The translations under genes were made by a program, and so were the position numbers. A DNA stretch of 64,000 nucleotides from Chloroflexota bacterium. GTDB lineage: Bacteria > Chloroflexota > UBA11872. Shown one piece after another: positions 28,586 to 37,775 of the stretch. The stretch is from NCBI GenBank assembly GCA_022821905.1, contig JAJECS010000030.1, positions 8,586 through 72,585 of the forward strand, written 5' to 3'. Positions within the stretch are counted from its first letter, which is position 1, and every line of letters begins with the position of its first letter. Below the pieces are notes generated by a model. The model did no database searches, was not told the origin of the DNA, and was given only the letters and a program-made list of their open reading frames with translations.

Positions 28586-29434
28586 GTGAAGCTCGGCTAT
28601 TTCCACAACGGCCATTTTCCGCCGATCGACTTCGAGGAGTTCGTGCGCTGGGGCGCGGCCAACGGCTATCAGGCCATCGACGTGCCGCTGTTCCAGCCCG
28701 ACGCCCGGGCCATTTGTGAGCGTCACGGCCTGGAGCCGACGTCGACCACGGGCATGGTCTGCCAACCCATCGCCACCGACGCGGCGACACGGACCGAGCA
28801 AGCGGCTGAGGCCCGCCGGGCGTTGGACTACGCCGCGACCGAGCACATCCCGCTTGCGTGGCTGGGCCACCAGATGGCGCCGGACCTCGGGTTCGACGCC
28901 AACGTGCGGCTTTTCGCGGAGGGCGTGGCGCCGGTACTGGACCACGCGCAGCGGGTGGGCGTGCGCCTGGTGATGGAGAACTGGGCCGACGGCGGCCGGA
29001 ACCTGGCCTATGCCCCGGCGCACTGGGAGGCGATCTTCGACGCGGTGCCGCACGAGGCGCTGGGGCTGTGCTTCGATCCATCGCACCTGGCCTGGCTGGG
29101 CATCGACTACCTGCGCGCGGCGCGGGAGTTCGGCCCGCGCATCTATCACGCCCACGCCAAGGACACCGAGTTCCTGCCGGAGGCGCGCTACCAATACGGT
29201 GTCATTGGCCCCGAGCGCGGGCGGATCGGCCAGGGAACCTACCGGTTTCGGATTCCCGGATTCGGCGTGATCGACTGGCCCGCCTATATCACCGCGCTGC
29301 TCGAAATCGGCTACGACGGTCCTCTCGTCGTTGAGCACGAGGACCCGTTCTGGAGCGCCAGGATCGATCCCAGGAACGACGCGCTGAAGGGGCTGACGCT
29401 AGCCCAACAGTTTCTGGCGCCGCTGCTGATCTAG
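28586..29434 (+). CDS. Sugar phosphate isomerase/epimerase (xylose isomerase-like TIM barrel) family protein
   Basis: Family hallmarks MKLGYF...GYQAIDV and the internal motifs MENWADGG and HAHAKD. Confidence 0.65.
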   Translation: MKLGYFHNGHFPPIDFEEFVRWGAANGYQAIDVPLFQPDARAICERHGLEPTSTTGMVCQPIATDAATRTEQAAEARRALDYAATEHIPLAWLGHQMAPDLGFDANVRLFAEGVAPVLDHAQRVGVRLVMENWADGGRNLAYAPAHWEAIFDAVPHEALGLCFDPSHLAWLGIDYLRAAREFGPRIYHAHAKDTEFLPEARYQYGVIGPERGRIGQGTYRFRIPGFGVIDWPAYITALLEIGYDGPLVVEHEDPFWSARIDPRNDALKGLTLAQQFLAPLLI

Positions 29435-29460
29435 GCGTTCAGCCAGAGGCGCCGGTTCGG

Positions 29461-30486
29461 CTATTCGTTCGTCCAGCCGTCGGGAATCTCGTTGGCATCC
29501 AGCGCGGATTTGATGGCTTCGGCGGCCTCGGGTGTAACCCAGGCCGTCCATACGCTCACGTGGCTCTTCAGCCACCAGAGCGCTGTTTCATTGATGCTGG
29601 CATCTCGGTTCTCCAACCGCCATTTGCCGACTTCCTTGTAGCGCTCGAGATCCAGATTCCAGGCTCGGAGCATCTCGACGACTTCCGGCGCCCTATCAGG
29701 AATATCTCGATGCACGGCAATCGAAATCGTCGCGTACCGGTAGGCGCAGGCCTTGGTCGTCTCCCAGCATTCGTCCGTGTACTCAGGCTCCTCGAGACGG
29801 ACCAAGTCAAGCTCGGCCGCGGGGTCATTGGTTCCCCACTGGTAGCCGAGCCACGGCTCCCGTCGCTCGTATGCACCGTAGAGGTCGGCATTCGCCGCCG
29901 CGCCGTCTCCCGGATTGATGATGTGGATGTGGTCCGAAAGTCCGTACGCCTCGATTTGCTGCGCATTGATTTCTTCGCACACCCAGCCGATGACGCAGGA
30001 CACGAGACGTGCCTTTCCGCGCGTTTCGGTGGTGGCGAACAGGGCCTTGTACTTCTCATCTTTCAGATCTTCGACACTGTCCAACTCAGGGTATTGCTCC
30101 TGCAGGTAGGCGGGGATGACGAAGGCGGACTGCCAGTCTCGGCCGAGACTTTCGCCAACCAACTCCACATCGCCCGCTGCCAGAGCATCCACCCAGGCAT
30201 CCTCTTGGTTCGGCAGCCAGATCTCCATGGTTACCTGGGTGTCGCCTCGGCGCAGACCCTGCAACAACGGCAGCGTGGCGCCGAACACCAGATCGGTGGG
30301 ATAGCCGTAGCCCTTTTCAACGATGTATTGGGCGACGCGATTCTGGAACTGCGCGCTGGTCCAATTCAGGTCGCTGAAGACGATGGGGGCTTTCTCCTCA
30401 ACCATGTCGTCCGGGCCGCAGGCAGTCGCGAAAACGACAGCGAGCAGCGTCAATGCCAAAATTGACAGTCTGGCCATAGTCAACAT
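29461..30486 (-). CDS. ABC-type glycine betaine/choline (ProX/OpuAC-like) substrate-binding lipoprotein; orphan, no adjacent permease
   Basis: A signal peptide with lipobox (FATACGPDD); the SBP domain has an aromatic-rich pocket (W/Y residues) typical of ProX-like proteins. Confidence 0.55.
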   Translation of the reverse strand: MLTMARLSILALTLLAVVFATACGPDDMVEEKAPIVFSDLNWTSAQFQNRVAQYIVEKGYGYPTDLVFGATLPLLQGLRRGDTQVTMEIWLPNQEDAWVDALAAGDVELVGESLGRDWQSAFVIPAYLQEQYPELDSVEDLKDEKYKALFATTETRGKARLVSCVIGWVCEEINAQQIEAYGLSDHIHIINPGDGAAANADLYGAYERREPWLGYQWGTNDPAAELDLVRLEEPEYTDECWETTKACAYRYATISIAVHRDIPDRAPEVVEMLRAWNLDLERYKEVGKWRLENRDASINETALWWLKSHVSVWTAWVTPEAAEAIKSALDANEIPDGWTNE

Positions 30487-30760
30487 GCGGCAGTTCCCCC
30501 TGGTAATTCCTTCAGGCTGTTTGCGGCGCATTCGATGGAGTTGTGGTCAACGTGCACGTGCGAATGCCCGTCCAATCTGTAGGAAACAATCGGCCGAGCC
30601 AATGCGCGTGCCGTCCGGCCTCATTTGCACGGTGGCAGGCTCTGGGAGGCTCGCGGACCCATCCCCAATTCGCGGATGGTATCGCCTAGGGCCAGGTCAG
30701 GCCAGCCGTCAGGGACGGAACGGCACGCCAGGTTGCGTCGAGTGATCCGAGCCGGTCCGG

Positions 30761-31186
30761 CTACAGCACGCCCTTGGTCAGGACCAGGTTGCCGTAGGGC
30801 CGCCGCTCGCCCGTGGCCACGATGGCGAAGGCCCGGCGCGCGCGCTCGTAGAACGCGAAGCGCTCCACCCGCTCGAACGTCACCGGCTGCCGGTGCGCCA
30901 CCGCGGCAATCCGCCGAAACTCGGCAACGATTGGAACCTCAGCGTCCGGGTTCTCAACCACCGCCATGACCGCAGCCGGAGCGTCGACATATTCATCGAG
31001 GGGCAGCACCGAGAGGATCGCTTCGGCGGCCCGCGTGGCGTCGACGCCATCGAGGCGCACCAGCCGCCGGGCGTTGGCTTCAGCCGGAAAATTCGCGTCG
31101 GCAATCACGATCTCATCGCCGTGCCCCATAGCCGCAAGCACGCGCAGCAGGTCCGGTCCCAGAAGCGGATCGATGCCTTTCAACAT
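30761..31186 (-). CDS. RbsD/FucU-family sugar mutarotase (D-ribose pyranase / L-fucose mutarotase)
   Basis: MLKGIDPLLGPDLLRVLAAMGHGDEIVIADANFPA is a characteristic RbsD/FucU N-terminus. Confidence 0.75.
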   Translation of the reverse strand: MLKGIDPLLGPDLLRVLAAMGHGDEIVIADANFPAEANARRLVRLDGVDATRAAEAILSVLPLDEYVDAPAAVMAVVENPDAEVPIVAEFRRIAAVAHRQPVTFERVERFAFYERARRAFAIVATGERRPYGNLVLTKGVL

Positions 31187-31275
31187 GAGGGCGTCCCCTA
31201 CCGTCGACGCGGCGGCATCGTGGCACATGCGGGCGGCGACCATGCCACTAATCAAGATCCCTAACCCGGCGCGAA

Positions 31276-32535
31276 GTGCTCGCTATGCTCGGCGCAATGG
31301 CCCCAGGAAACTCAACCCACCCTGCAAGACCCGGCAGCCTGCTTCACATTCGGGGATTTCCCGACGCGCATTTCGAGCCTGGCGATGCCCAGGGGTCCGG
31401 CGCACGCCGGGAGGAGGTGTGGGACGGGGATCAGCTTCGCGAGGTCTGGCTAATCCCGGGGAATTCCCAGCCCGCCGTCGGTCGCCTCTGGGTGGAGGCG
31501 GACGGCGAGATGGTCAGCGAACTGTGGCTGGTCGACGTCACCGTCCGGGCATGGGGCGTCACGCTGCGCAGTGCGGGCGTGGCCGGCGTGGCGACGCCCT
31601 TGCCGCATCGCATGAAGGGCCATGCGCGGCGTCTGATGGAGGCCTGTGAGTGGTTCGCCGCCGACCGGGGGTACGAGATCTGCACCCTGTTCGGGATTTC
31701 GGACTTCTATCACCGCTGGGGATACGCCACGATCTGTCCCGAATATGAGATTCGCATTGCGCTCGATGTGCTTGGTACGAAGAGTCCGTCCGCCCCTCTC
31801 GAAGAGGTCCGTCCAACCGATTGGGACGGCATCGCCCGTCGGTACAACGCGGTCTGCGCGGCGCTGGACGGCTCGGTTGTCCGGCCGGAAGGCATGTGGC
31901 AAGGCCCCAAGCTGGGCTCGGGTTGGTATCGAACGCCACGCCCCCTCGTGAGTCGAGACAGTCACGGGAGGCTGGTGGCCTATGCCGTGGTCGACCACGA
32001 ACTGACGGACGGCTGGCTGGCGGTGTCGGACGCAGCGGCAAGCAGCGAGGCGGCCGCGGAGGACTTGATCGACGGGCTTGCCGGGATCGCAAGATCGCGC
32101 GGCGCGTCGGGTCTGCTGGCCCGCCTTCACCCTAAGACCGGGCTGGGACCGCTCCTGACGCGGCGAGGCGGCTCGGCCGTCGTCACGCGCCCCGACAACG
32201 CCGGCTACATGGCGTGCATCGTCAACCTGGACGCCGTGTTGGAGAAATGCGCGCCGGCGCTGGTGAACCGGTCAGGCGCCAGCGATTTTCCGGTCCCCGA
32301 GACGTTGCACATTCGGACCGACATCGGCGATGGGCGGATTGCGCTCCGCGGCGCAGCGCCGCCCGCCGAGCTATCGATAGCTCGGCTCGGGCTCGCCCAA
32401 CTTCTTTTCGGTTATCGGACGTTTCGCGAGCTTCGGGAAACTGGCAACGCCAACGTCCGCGGAGTCTCCGACGAGGTGCTCGCCGCGCTGTTCCCGCGCA
32501 GTCACGGCTACTGCTTCTGGCCGGATCGATATTGA
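31276..32535 (+). CDS. GNAT-family N-acetyltransferase, two-domain (Eis-like architecture)
   Basis: A GNAT acetyl-CoA-binding region (HRMKGHARRLMEACEWFAADRGYEICTLFG) followed by a roughly 250-aa C-terminal extension. Confidence 0.5.
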   Translation: MLAMLGAMAPGNSTHPARPGSLLHIRGFPDAHFEPGDAQGSGARREEVWDGDQLREVWLIPGNSQPAVGRLWVEADGEMVSELWLVDVTVRAWGVTLRSAGVAGVATPLPHRMKGHARRLMEACEWFAADRGYEICTLFGISDFYHRWGYATICPEYEIRIALDVLGTKSPSAPLEEVRPTDWDGIARRYNAVCAALDGSVVRPEGMWQGPKLGSGWYRTPRPLVSRDSHGRLVAYAVVDHELTDGWLAVSDAAASSEAAAEDLIDGLAGIARSRGASGLLARLHPKTGLGPLLTRRGGSAVVTRPDNAGYMACIVNLDAVLEKCAPALVNRSGASDFPVPETLHIRTDIGDGRIALRGAAPPAELSIARLGLAQLLFGYRTFRELRETGNANVRGVSDEVLAALFPRSHGYCFWPDRY

Positions 32536-32751
32536 CGCGGTCTCCTCGGTGGTGGGCGAGGCCTGCGAGAAGTGCTCGATCGCCTCGGGCAGCGGCCTGA
32601 GCGCCGCGTAGAGGCAATCTCCAATCTCGCGCATGAGTCCCGGGTTGCCGCGCTCGTCGTCCAGAAACGCGTTGACAAAGTAGGTGTTCAGGCACACGAA
32701 ATCCGCGAGCCGCAGATCGAATAGTCGGATCGGATCGATCGCCATGCGCGG

Positions 32752-33321
32752 TCAGCCGCGCGCCGTACCCCTCGGCGCCTGCGGGGAGCGTTCGAACTCG
32801 CGGCGCAGCAGTCCGAATCGCACCTCGTCCGCGGGCGGGTCCGATTCCGCCAGATGCTCGCGCAGCGTGCCCTCGTAGCGCATGCGCAGCTTTTGCAGGA
32901 CTCGGATTGAGGCCCGGTTGTTCGCGTCAGCCCTGGCCGCGACGCGGTTCAGGTCCGGTTCACCGGCGAACGCAGCCTCTATAACTGCCCTCGCAGCCTC
33001 CGAGGCGATCCCGCAACTTCGATGGGCGCTTGCCACCTCATAGGCGATCTCCGCCCGCCGGTTGGCGTGGTCGACCCGCAGGCTCACGCCGCCGACCAGC
33101 TCCCGGTCCAGCCACACGCCCCAATGTGGCTCGGTGCGCCAGTCGAGCCGCTGCGCGCGCGCCAGCCAGTCCCGCGCGGCCGCCGCCGGGTCGGACTTCG
33201 GAGATGCAGCCGCATCTTCAGAGAACTTGGGATCCGCCATATAGCGGGACATTGCCTCGATGTCGTCCAGCCGATGCGGTCGAAGGTTGAGCCGTTTGGT
33301 GCGAATGGTTCGAGGCACCAT
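32752..33321 (-). CDS. GNAT-family N-acetyltransferase (RimJ/RimL-like)
   Basis: KRLNLRPHRLDDIEAM... and a Q/R-x-x-G-x-A-like region (HRSCGIASEAARAVIEAAF). Confidence 0.7.
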   Translation of the reverse strand: MVPRTIRTKRLNLRPHRLDDIEAMSRYMADPKFSEDAAASPKSDPAAAARDWLARAQRLDWRTEPHWGVWLDRELVGGVSLRVDHANRRAEIAYEVASAHRSCGIASEAARAVIEAAFAGEPDLNRVAARADANNRASIRVLQKLRMRYEGTLREHLAESDPPADEVRFGLLRREFERSPQAPRGTARG

Positions 33322-33334
33322 GCCGCGTTGGCCG

Positions 33335-34039
33335 TCAGCCCTTGCGAACCAACGCCGGCAGCTCGGAGAGGCTCGCTATGCGGGTGACCCCGGCCGGTCC
33401 GGGCCCTGCATCGTGACGGTCGAGCCACACGCCCCAGAGCCCCGCGTCGCGGGCGCCGATCGCGTCCGCCTCCAATCGATCGCCCACGTGCAGGCACGCG
33501 GAGGGCGGCGCTCCCATCGCTTGGCAGGCGGCCGCGAAGATTCCGGGATCGGGCTTCGCGACTCCGACTTCATCCGAGACCACGACCGCCGCGAAGCGAT
33601 CCGCGACGCCAATCCCCGCAAGCTTCTTCCGCTGGTGCACCGAACCTCCGTTAGTGATGACACCGAGGCGGAAACCGCGCAGCGCCTCCAGGGTGTCGAT
33701 GACATCCGTGAACAGCGTCAGGTTGAGGTCGTAATGGTCGCTGTAGACGGCGTACGCCCGATCGGCTTCGGCGTCGGGCAATTCGCCTGGTGTGAGACCG
33801 AATAGGCCACGGACCCGCCCACGGCGCTGGCCTACCAACGTGGTTTCCCCGCGGAGGTAGCGATCGAAGTGCAGTTCCGTCAACTCTTCCCAGCGCCGTA
33901 CGAGACGCTCATCACTATCCGTCAGCCGGTCTCGGTACCTGCTGATCATGCCGAGCGCTCCGGCGCGAGTGGCCGCGTCGTGGTCCAGCAGCGTGCCATC
34001 GAGGTCGAAGAACACGGCTTGGATCGGTGAACCGGGCAT
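33335..34039 (-). CDS. HAD-superfamily hydrolase (subfamily IA)
   Basis: Motif I FFDLDGTLLD and the distal motifs (VVSDEVGVAKPDP, HVGDRLEADAIGA). Confidence 0.8.
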   Translation of the reverse strand: MPGSPIQAVFFDLDGTLLDHDAATRAGALGMISRYRDRLTDSDERLVRRWEELTELHFDRYLRGETTLVGQRRGRVRGLFGLTPGELPDAEADRAYAVYSDHYDLNLTLFTDVIDTLEALRGFRLGVITNGGSVHQRKKLAGIGVADRFAAVVVSDEVGVAKPDPGIFAAACQAMGAPPSACLHVGDRLEADAIGARDAGLWGVWLDRHDAGPGPAGVTRIASLSELPALVRKG

Positions 34040-34232
34040 GTGACGTGGTGCGGAAATGGATCTCTGCGACCAATTGGCCCGCGAAGCATATCGCGATGAT
34101 TCCCGACGACAGATAATTGGGGGCGAACTCTCGAATCGACGCGCGGTGAGATTGCGGACGGTGCGGAGACGGACTTCCGAAATCAGCGCGGCACATCCCG
34201 CCCGACATGCCGGACAGGCGGTCGGCTAAACC

Positions 34233-35156
34233 ATGTCCGCTCTCAGCGCAACATGGACCGGGTCCCTCGGCTACACGCGGCGGGGACTGCGCGTCCTGGG
34301 CGAGACTCCCTGGCTGTATGTCCAGATCCTGAGCGCCTTTGCGGCGCCGGCGGCGGTGGCTGCCTACGTGACCGCGTCGGATCTGCCGGAGGGCTTCGGT
34401 CGGTCGGCCTCGCTCTATGCGCTCAACGCCATCTCGGCGTCGGCCGCGCCGGTGGTGGTGATGACGGCTGTGGCCGCCGGCTATCACGGCGTCAACCTGG
34501 GCTTCGTCAACGCCATGCGGCAGGGCCTCTGGTGGCTGCTGCGCTATCTCTGGACCAACGTGCACACGACCGTGATTTTCTGGGCGCCGATTCTCGTCTT
34601 GTTGAATCTATTCGAGTGGCAGCGGAATGAGGCGCCGGTGGAAGGCGCGGCCGGACTGGCCGCCACCGCAGCCTGGGTGGTGCTGATCGGCGTCGTTGCC
34701 CTCTACATCCATTCGCGCACGCTGCTGGCACCGTTCTTCGCGGTGCACGGCAACATGCCCGCCACGCTTGCGACGATCGAGTCGTGGCGCATGAGCGGCC
34801 GCCGCTTTCCCATCGTGTTTGGCACCTTCATCGTGTCGTCGGCGCCCACGGCGGTGCCGCTGGCGATTGTGTTGACGACGCTGGCGTTCACGCTGAACGA
34901 AGCGGACGGGACCCGGGCGGTGTTCGCGGCCATGCTGCCCTCGCTGGTGTGGATGGCCATCAAGATCGTGCGGCCCTTCCTTATCACGGCGACCTACGGG
35001 CTCTATGTGGACCTCTGGACCGAGGAAGAGCAGCGGCGGGTGACACACGGAGCGCCGCCGGTGCCGCTGCTGGCACGGCCGTTGCTTGCGTTTTCGCGCT
35101 GGGTCCCGCGTTTGTTCGGCCGGGCCATCGGGCGGCGCATCGAGTGGACCGCGTGA
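34233..35156 (+). CDS. Hypothetical integral membrane protein (about 7 TM)
   Basis: Several hydrophobic segments and no recognisable motif; the stop overlaps the start of the next gene (GTGA). Confidence 0.5.
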   Translation: MSALSATWTGSLGYTRRGLRVLGETPWLYVQILSAFAAPAAVAAYVTASDLPEGFGRSASLYALNAISASAAPVVVMTAVAAGYHGVNLGFVNAMRQGLWWLLRYLWTNVHTTVIFWAPILVLLNLFEWQRNEAPVEGAAGLAATAAWVVLIGVVALYIHSRTLLAPFFAVHGNMPATLATIESWRMSGRRFPIVFGTFIVSSAPTAVPLAIVLTTLAFTLNEADGTRAVFAAMLPSLVWMAIKIVRPFLITATYGLYVDLWTEEEQRRVTHGAPPVPLLARPLLAFSRWVPRLFGRAIGRRIEWTA

Positions 35157-36064
35157 GCCAAGAAGCGACGCGGCTGCGGCTGGCGCTGTCCCTGGACTCC
35201 CGGCGACGCGTGCGCGGCGGCAGCTTCGAGGCCCTGGCCGACGCCATTCGACGCGGCGCCGACCTGCACATCGGTACCGAGTTTCGCCACAACGAGCACG
35301 TCGATACGTCGTCCGACAGCCCGGAGATCGTGCGTGAGCTGGCGGAGTTTCGGACGACCTATCTGATCGAGGATCGCTGGTCGGCGGGCATCATGACGCT
35401 CAGGCAGCCGGTGAGCCTGCCGGGCGCCTTTGGCCCGCGGCCGTCGATGTCGTTCTTCCTCTACAACCAGGACGGGACCCAGGCCATCGCGCGACCGCAC
35501 CTCGACGGGGCGTCAAGCGCCGACGCGACCGGCGCGGCGCCGATCGACAGCCATCCCGACATGCCCAAGTACCACCCGCTGGATAGCTGGGACGCCGAGA
35601 CCAACGCCCCGAGCAGCACCTTCATCTACGACTTCGAGCACTTCGACTTCCTCGTGCGAGACAACTGGACGGAGGTCCTGGCGCACGACGCCGGCGGCAC
35701 GGTGCTCCACGGATCCTCGGATGCGCTGGGCGATGTCTGCGGCGCCGGTGGCGAGGTGAAGGCAGCGGTGCGGGGTCTGTGTGCGGACCTTGCCGAGCCT
35801 GAAATGGACGCCATCGACCACGAAGTGTTCGTCCAGATCGGGTCGAGCTACTACTACACCGAGCAGCGGCTCTTCATCGGGGGCACGCACCCGCTGCCCA
35901 GAGTCCGGGCGTCTATGCCGCTGCGGTACGCGACCCGGGCCTGGGACTTTGGCTGGTTGATCTTGCGCACCGACGGCCGCGTGATCCGCCGCCTGTGCAA
36001 TCCGTACACGCTGCGCTTTCACGACAGCGAATCGCGCCACGCGATCCGCTGGTTCGTGCGGTGA
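35153..36064 (+). CDS. Hypothetical soluble protein translationally coupled to the upstream membrane protein
   Basis: The long ORF (34784-36064) overlaps the membrane-protein gene, so the start was set at the in-frame GTG (35153) overlapping the upstream stop; no recognisable domain. Confidence 0.45.
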   Translation: MSQEATRLRLALSLDSRRRVRGGSFEALADAIRRGADLHIGTEFRHNEHVDTSSDSPEIVRELAEFRTTYLIEDRWSAGIMTLRQPVSLPGAFGPRPSMSFFLYNQDGTQAIARPHLDGASSADATGAAPIDSHPDMPKYHPLDSWDAETNAPSSTFIYDFEHFDFLVRDNWTEVLAHDAGGTVLHGSSDALGDVCGAGGEVKAAVRGLCADLAEPEMDAIDHEVFVQIGSSYYYTEQRLFIGGTHPLPRVRASMPLRYATRAWDFGWLILRTDGRVIRRLCNPYTLRFHDSESRHAIRWFVR

Positions 36065-36075
36065 GCGAGGCGCGC

Positions 36076-36096
36076 GGGCGGGTTTGAAACCCGCCC
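36076..36096. terminator. GC-rich hairpin GGGCGGGT-TTGAA-ACCCGCCC between convergent genes; candidate bidirectional terminator; member of repeat family 2
   Basis: A perfect 8-bp G/C stem with a 5-nt loop; similar elements occur at 36925 and 56402, each followed by CCCTAC(C)CCGC. Confidence 0.45.
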
Positions 36097-36125
36097 CTAC
36101 CCCGCCTCCCTGAGCGCCTAGCGGC

Positions 36126-36803
36126 TCAGGGCCGGCAGTTGAATCCAGCGGCGGTTGAACCGTCGCCGGAGCAGTTGAGCGTCACGCCGGTCTTCATCTC
36201 CGAAATCGTGATCTCCTGCTGCGGCGCCGACGACTCGCCGTCCGCGGCCGTGCCAACGGGCACCGCTTCGATCTTGGCCAGGGTGTCGAACGATGCCTGA
36301 TGCCCTTCCTTGATCTGGCCAAAGAGCGTGAAGTCCGGCGACAGCCGGCCCTGCTCCGTCAGGTCATCCAGAATGATGAAGAACTGTGAGCCGTTGGAGT
36401 TGGGCACTCCCTTGTTGGCCATCGCCAGCCCGCCGCGGACATAGGGCCGCTGCGGCGGCTCGATCTCGAAGGTGTAGCCCGGGTTCCCCGTCCCCGTTCC
36501 GCTGGGATCGCCGCCCTGCACCATGAATCCCGGGATCAGCCGGTGGAAGGTCACCCCGTCGAAATAGCCCTCGTTGGCCAGGAAGAGAAAATTGTTCACC
36601 GCCAGCGGCGCCTCTTCCGAGAAGAGCGTGAAGGTCATGCGCCCCAGGCTGGTGGTGACGATCACCCACGGCTCACCGGCGGGAATGTCCATGGCCGGAT
36701 AGGCGGCGTAGGTCTTGGGTCCCTCGGGTTCCGCTTCGCCGCATCCCACGGCCACAACAACCACCAGCAACGCCACCAGTGTGAGTCGCAACATTTCACT
36801 CAC
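36126..36803 (-). CDS. Cyclophilin-type peptidyl-prolyl isomerase lipoprotein, tandem copy 1
   Basis: Cyclophilin core and lipobox (VAVGCGEAEPEGP); about 95% identical to the copy at 36977. Confidence 0.85.
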   Translation of the reverse strand: MSEMLRLTLVALLVVVVAVGCGEAEPEGPKTYAAYPAMDIPAGEPWVIVTTSLGRMTFTLFSEEAPLAVNNFLFLANEGYFDGVTFHRLIPGFMVQGGDPSGTGTGNPGYTFEIEPPQRPYVRGGLAMANKGVPNSNGSQFFIILDDLTEQGRLSPDFTLFGQIKEGHQASFDTLAKIEAVPVGTAADGESSAPQQEITISEMKTGVTLNCSGDGSTAAGFNCRP

Positions 36804-36924
36804 TCCTTCACCCGCATCCGTGCCGTGCCCATTGTTGCAATCCCATTGGCGCCCTGTCGCACGCGGATGACGCGTCGGACGGTCTGTGCCGCGTGCGGTT
36901 CGCGAACTGCCGTGTGAGTCGCGG

Positions 36925-36949
36925 AGGGGCGGGTTTTGGATCCGCCCCT
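36925..36949. terminator. GC-rich hairpin (AGGGGCGG...CCGCCCCT) downstream of cyclophilin copy 2; repeat family 2
   Basis: An 8-bp stem; the flanking CCCTACCCCGCTTCCCTGCGCGGCTAGCG parallels the 36076 element. Confidence 0.4.
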
Positions 36950-36976
36950 ACCCCGCTTCCCTGCGCGGCTAGCGCC

Positions 36977-37660
36977 CTATGGCTTGCAGGTGAACCCGAT
37001 GGCTCCCTCGCCGGAGCAGTTGAGCGTCACGCCGGTCTTCATCTCCGATATCGTGATCTCCTGCTGCGGCGCCGACGACTCCCCGTCCGCGGCCGTGCCG
37101 ACGGGCACCGCTTCGATCTTGGCCAGGGTGTTGAACGATGCCTGATGCCCTTCCTTGATCTGGCCGAAGAGCGTGAAGTCCGGCGACAGCCGGCCCTGCT
37201 CGGTGAGGTCGTCCAGAATGATGAAGAACTGCGAGCCGTTGGAGTTTGGCGTGCCCTTGTTGGCCATCGCCAGCCCGCCGCGGACGTAGGGCCGCTGCGG
37301 CGGCTCGATCTCGAAGGAGTAGCCCGGTCCACCGGTGCCGGTGCCGCTGGGATCGCCGCCCTGCACCATGAATCCCGGGATCAGCCGGTGGAAGGTCACC
37401 CCGTCGAAATAGCCCTCGTTGGCCAGGAAGAGGAAGTTGTTCACGGCCAGGGGCGCCTCCTCCGAGAAGAGGGTGAAGGTCATGCGCCCCAGGCTGGTGG
37501 TGACGATCACCCATGGCTCGCCGGCGGGAATGTCCATGGCCGGATAGGCCGTGTAGGTCTTGGGGCCCTCGGGCTCGGCTTCGCCGCATCCCACGGCCAC
37601 AACGACCAGCAGCAACGCCACCAGGGCGAGTCGCAACATTTCCCACGCTCCTTTGACCAC
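36977..37660 (-). CDS. Cyclophilin-type peptidyl-prolyl isomerase lipoprotein, tandem copy 2
   Basis: As for copy 1; 227 aa. Confidence 0.85.
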   Translation of the reverse strand: MVKGAWEMLRLALVALLLVVVAVGCGEAEPEGPKTYTAYPAMDIPAGEPWVIVTTSLGRMTFTLFSEEAPLAVNNFLFLANEGYFDGVTFHRLIPGFMVQGGDPSGTGTGGPGYSFEIEPPQRPYVRGGLAMANKGTPNSNGSQFFIILDDLTEQGRLSPDFTLFGQIKEGHQASFNTLAKIEAVPVGTAADGESSAPQQEITISEMKTGVTLNCSGEGAIGFTCKP

Positions 37661-37775
37661 CGCCGCGCCGGCTGCATTGTCCCAATCACCGCCTCAGGTT
37701 GTCGCGCGGCGCCGGTGGGATTGCCGTCCTAAACTGGGCCTACGACGAGGGCAAACACCGACAGAAGGACGCGCC

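Larger units (their letters stand above)
36069..37770. repeat. Tandem direct duplication (unit about 850 bp), each unit carrying a cyclophilin lipoprotein gene and its downstream hairpin
   Basis: DNA and protein near-identity between 36069-36920 and 36920-37770 (the proteins differ at about 10 positions). Confidence 0.8.

Noticed and set aside
34784-35152. N-terminal 120 codons of the 34784-36064 ORF
   Set aside because: They overlap the well-formed membrane-protein gene in another frame; GTGA stop-start coupling at 35153 gives a more plausible start
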